Assembly: GCA_051294375.1 (NCBI GenBank)
Contig: CM119265.1
Coordinates: 18,896,631 to 18,960,630, forward strand
Direction of reading: 5' to 3'
From: Paraspadella gotoi
Taxonomy: Eukaryota > Animalia > Chaetognatha
DNA: 64,000 nucleotides
Under the pieces are notes generated by a model. The model was not told the origin of the DNA. It saw only the letters and a program-made list of their open reading frames with translations, and searched no databases. The position numbers were made by a program, and so were the translations under genes. Below, in pieces: positions 61,226 through 64,000 of the stretch; the stretch's first letter is position 1; each line of letters opens with the position of its first letter.

Positions 61226-61261
<36 letters not shown>

Positions 61262-61319
61262 GTATTTTAGAATAGATGTAATTTTAAATTCGGAAAAAGT
61301 CGAAAAAAAGCCTGCAATT

Positions 61320-61406
<87 letters not shown>

Positions 61407-61475
61407 TCCTGTATTTTATTATAGATGTAATTTTAAATTCGAGGAAAAAGCGGCAAAAGCCCTGCTATTGCTCTC
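60918..61475. repeat. Compound minisatellite: four units of (CT)n plus a ~60-bp core
   Basis: Core CCTGTATTTTAGAATAGATGTAATTTTAAATTCGGAAAAAGTCGAAAAAAAGCCTGCAATTG recurs (with variants) between (CT)n tracts. Confidence 0.9.
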
Positions 61476-62898
61476 CGTCGGATGATTTTGGTGAATCATC
61501 GTTTGTGTCAACGAATGCTACGCGGCGCTCCGTAAGTCAATTCAGTCCCACGAAATTTGACGTTTATCGCGTTTTTTGTCAATGGCTTAATTTTGACGAA
61601 ACGTTGGGTCTCGATGTCTCTTGCTGAGCTTCGTTCCCGAAACGCGCTCGTTGCCATTTCTGTTTTTTGACTATCAAAAATGTCGGAAGGCCTAATTGCT
61701 GTGTAGAATAAGGATTGATGGAAAATAATCAAATTCGATTTTTTAAACAAAATTAACATGTGATACAGTTTTAAATAATCAGTCACAAACTAGAAATTAG
61801 ATGCTTCTAATAATCGAGTTTTACTTTAATTATTAATTATAATTTATCAAATTCATTTAACAATAAAGATAATAAAGTATCTCATCTCCTGAATTGGCTA
61901 TGGTGGGTAGAGCAAGACCCTAAAAGTCGAGTTTGTTTGTACTGCTTTCTTATCAATGAATTGTTATAACATTTTTTAACTGTTTCAAATGGATTTAATA
62001 TAGGGACCACTCCCTTATATTTAACATCTCGCCCTGACAATTTTTAGGAATTTCCTGTTGTTTTGTTCAAAAAATTTATCCATCAAACGAAACTAATGAT
62101 AAAACCAATTGACGACACATGAGGTCCTTTTATTGTCTACGACTAAAAAGTTTTTTATCCCCATTAAAAGTTGAATTAACAGTCATTAAAGTTGTTTTTA
62201 CTTCTCCATTCGCCTTTAACTTTAAGTATATACTATATAGCAGCATTGTACCTCAGTACTAGTTGGTGTTAATCATTGATGTTACGTTCCCTTTTGGTAA
62301 ATAAGATTGTGAGATTCTAATTTAATTTATAAAAGATGGTATATTAACTTCTAGATGTCATACTAGCTTTTTAATGTTCCTTCCGAACGACTAAAAAATT
62401 CTTGGTTAATTGGCCAAACGAATTTTTTTTTTAAAGAAAAAAATAAATTCATTAACAGATTAAGTAACAAGGTTGGTTTATTAACTATCTGATTATCTAA
62501 TGACGGTTAGAAAAAGTCTGTAAATAAAATGAAATAAATGTTTTTCGCCGATGTCGCGGCCGATGTCGGATTCTCCATATTCTCCCTCATTTACCATAAC
62601 TCGATTCTGGCCTTTGTGCCCATTTTCATCGATCCAATTTCGTCAAGACACTGGGTGGGCTCGTATCTGATTTCAGATTGATTAGATAAATAAACAATAA
62701 AAAAAACTTTTCTTTTGTGTAGAAAAGGAGAAAAAAAAAACGGTCCGCCGTTTGGAATACTATTACAATTTGATATCTATTTCTATAAAATAAGTAAAAT
62801 AAAATCAATAAACTTAAATAAATAACTTTTCCAAGGGCTCGTGACAGTTGTGGCTTCTTTCCTTATTTTGAATATTCATACACTATTACCACTCAAAT

Positions 62899-62964
<66 letters not shown>

Positions 62965-63117
62965 GCTCTATCTCGGGATGGAAAATCCTGTCAAACCTCA
63001 ATATGAATTCTCTTAAAACGAGTTTTCGTAATCCTATTCTGTTCATCATTCCTTAGAACGAATATCAATTTTTTTTCCTCGCGTTTTCACTTTACGTCCG
63101 TAGAGCATCGACGAACC

Positions 63118-64000
63118 ATGAAAACGAGGACTTCCCAACCCAGAGTAGTCATCGTTGGCGCCGGTATGGCAGGATGCGCTGCCGCATGGACCCTCAAAGA
63201 CGCCGATGTGGAGGTGCTTCTCCTGGAGGGTCAGGATCGCGTCGGCGGTCGCATCCACACGATCGCCGCAGGTGCTTCCTCCGCCAAGGTGGAGCTCGGA
63301 GCAAACTGGATTCACGGCCTCGTCAACAACCCCGTCTACGAATTTTGCCTTCGCCAGGGGATTTTCAAGAAGAAGGAGCCTTTCGGCACGGGCGTCACCT
63401 TCGTCTCGGAGGGAGGAAAGATGATTTCGCCGGTTCTCGGGAAGAAGGCGGAGAAAGTCTGGAAAAAGCTGGTAGTCGAGTGCAGCACCTTTTACCAAGA
63501 GGGCATCGAAACGCCGGCCGAATTCGAGGACAGCCTCGAGAAATTCATGGACAGTCGACTGAAGCGCTCCTTGTTGGACGGAGCGGTGGACGAGGCCGAG
63601 CGGCGAGATTTGGAAGGCCTTTCCCGACAAATTAAAGGACTGGAGAGAGAAGCGTGGGGTTCGGATCAATTGAGCGAAATCTCGTTGTCTAGATTTGGAA
63701 TGTATCAAGAGCTCGAAGGCGGGGAAACGTTGATTAGAGACGGATGGTCAAGCTTGGTGGACTATCTCGTCGAAGGCTCCGGAGCGAAAGTGACTTTGGG
63801 CGCCGTAGTCGAGTCTATTGTCCTTGGCGCTTCCGATCCTCCCGTAAGGGTCCTCTTGTCGGACGGCACAGAGGTATCGGCGGACACTGTCATCGTCACC
63901 GTGTCCATTGGATGCCTGAAGGCCGGATCAATCCGCTTCATACCCGATCTCCCAGAGGCCAAGAGGGAGGCCATTTACCGAATCCCATTCGGCGTTGTGG
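63118..64000 (+). CDS. Flavin-dependent amine oxidase, spermine/polyamine oxidase-like (3' truncated by window)
   Basis: MKTRTSQPRVVIVGAGMAGCAAA...LLEGQDRVGGRIHT...VELGANWIHG...NPVY...ADTVIVTVSIGCLK; open to window end, so absent from the ORF track. Confidence 0.92.
   Translation, partial: MKTRTSQPRVVIVGAGMAGCAAAWTLKDADVEVLLLEGQDRVGGRIHTIAAGASSAKVELGANWIHGLVNNPVYEFCLRQGIFKKKEPFGTGVTFVSEGGKMISPVLGKKAEKVWKKLVVECSTFYQEGIETPAEFEDSLEKFMDSRLKRSLLDGAVDEAERRDLEGLSRQIKGLEREAWGSDQLSEISLSRFGMYQELEGGETLIRDGWSSLVDYLVEGSGAKVTLGAVVESIVLGASDPPVRVLLSDGTEVSADTVIVTVSIGCLKAGSIRFIPDLPEAKREAIYRIPFGVV

Noticed and set aside
63046-63708. 220-aa minus-strand ORF
   Set aside because: Antisense shadow of the + strand amine oxidase CDS.

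Overview
Eukaryotic DNA from a compact, intron-containing animal (probably invertebrate) genome: short AT-rich introns, CpG-rich exons, many (GA)n/(CT)n and (GTC)n microsatellites, three N gaps. The first ~11 kb has no confidently identifiable gene. It is followed by a multi-exon LRR/Ser-Thr-rich/EGF gene (~15.7-23.3 kb) and then a tightly packed run of + strand genes: TRAIP, ATAT1, an unknown membrane protein, an SLC7 amino-acid transporter, VWA3B, ATP6AP1, CFAP418, PTPDC1 and an unknown coiled-coil protein. A - strand secreted coiled-coil C-type lectin and the 5' part of a polyamine/spermine oxidase complete the gene set. Mobile DNA is the most interesting part: (1) a full-length but frameshifted DIRS tyrosine-recombinase retrotransposon whose internal complementary region lies on the 5' side of the coding strand, apparently inside an intron; (2) a 660-bp miniature LTR retroelement with tRNA-like Pol III boxes in its LTRs, a tRNA-Trp-type PBS and a PPT, plus a solo LTR; (3) a perfect 91-bp-arm palindrome carrying a minimal Penelope-type hammerhead ribozyme; (4) a foldback MITE with an 8-bp TSD. 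The co-directional gene run looks operon-like (possible SL trans-splicing), and AAG acceptors and GC donors are unusually frequent. All gene models were assembled by eye; no searches were run.
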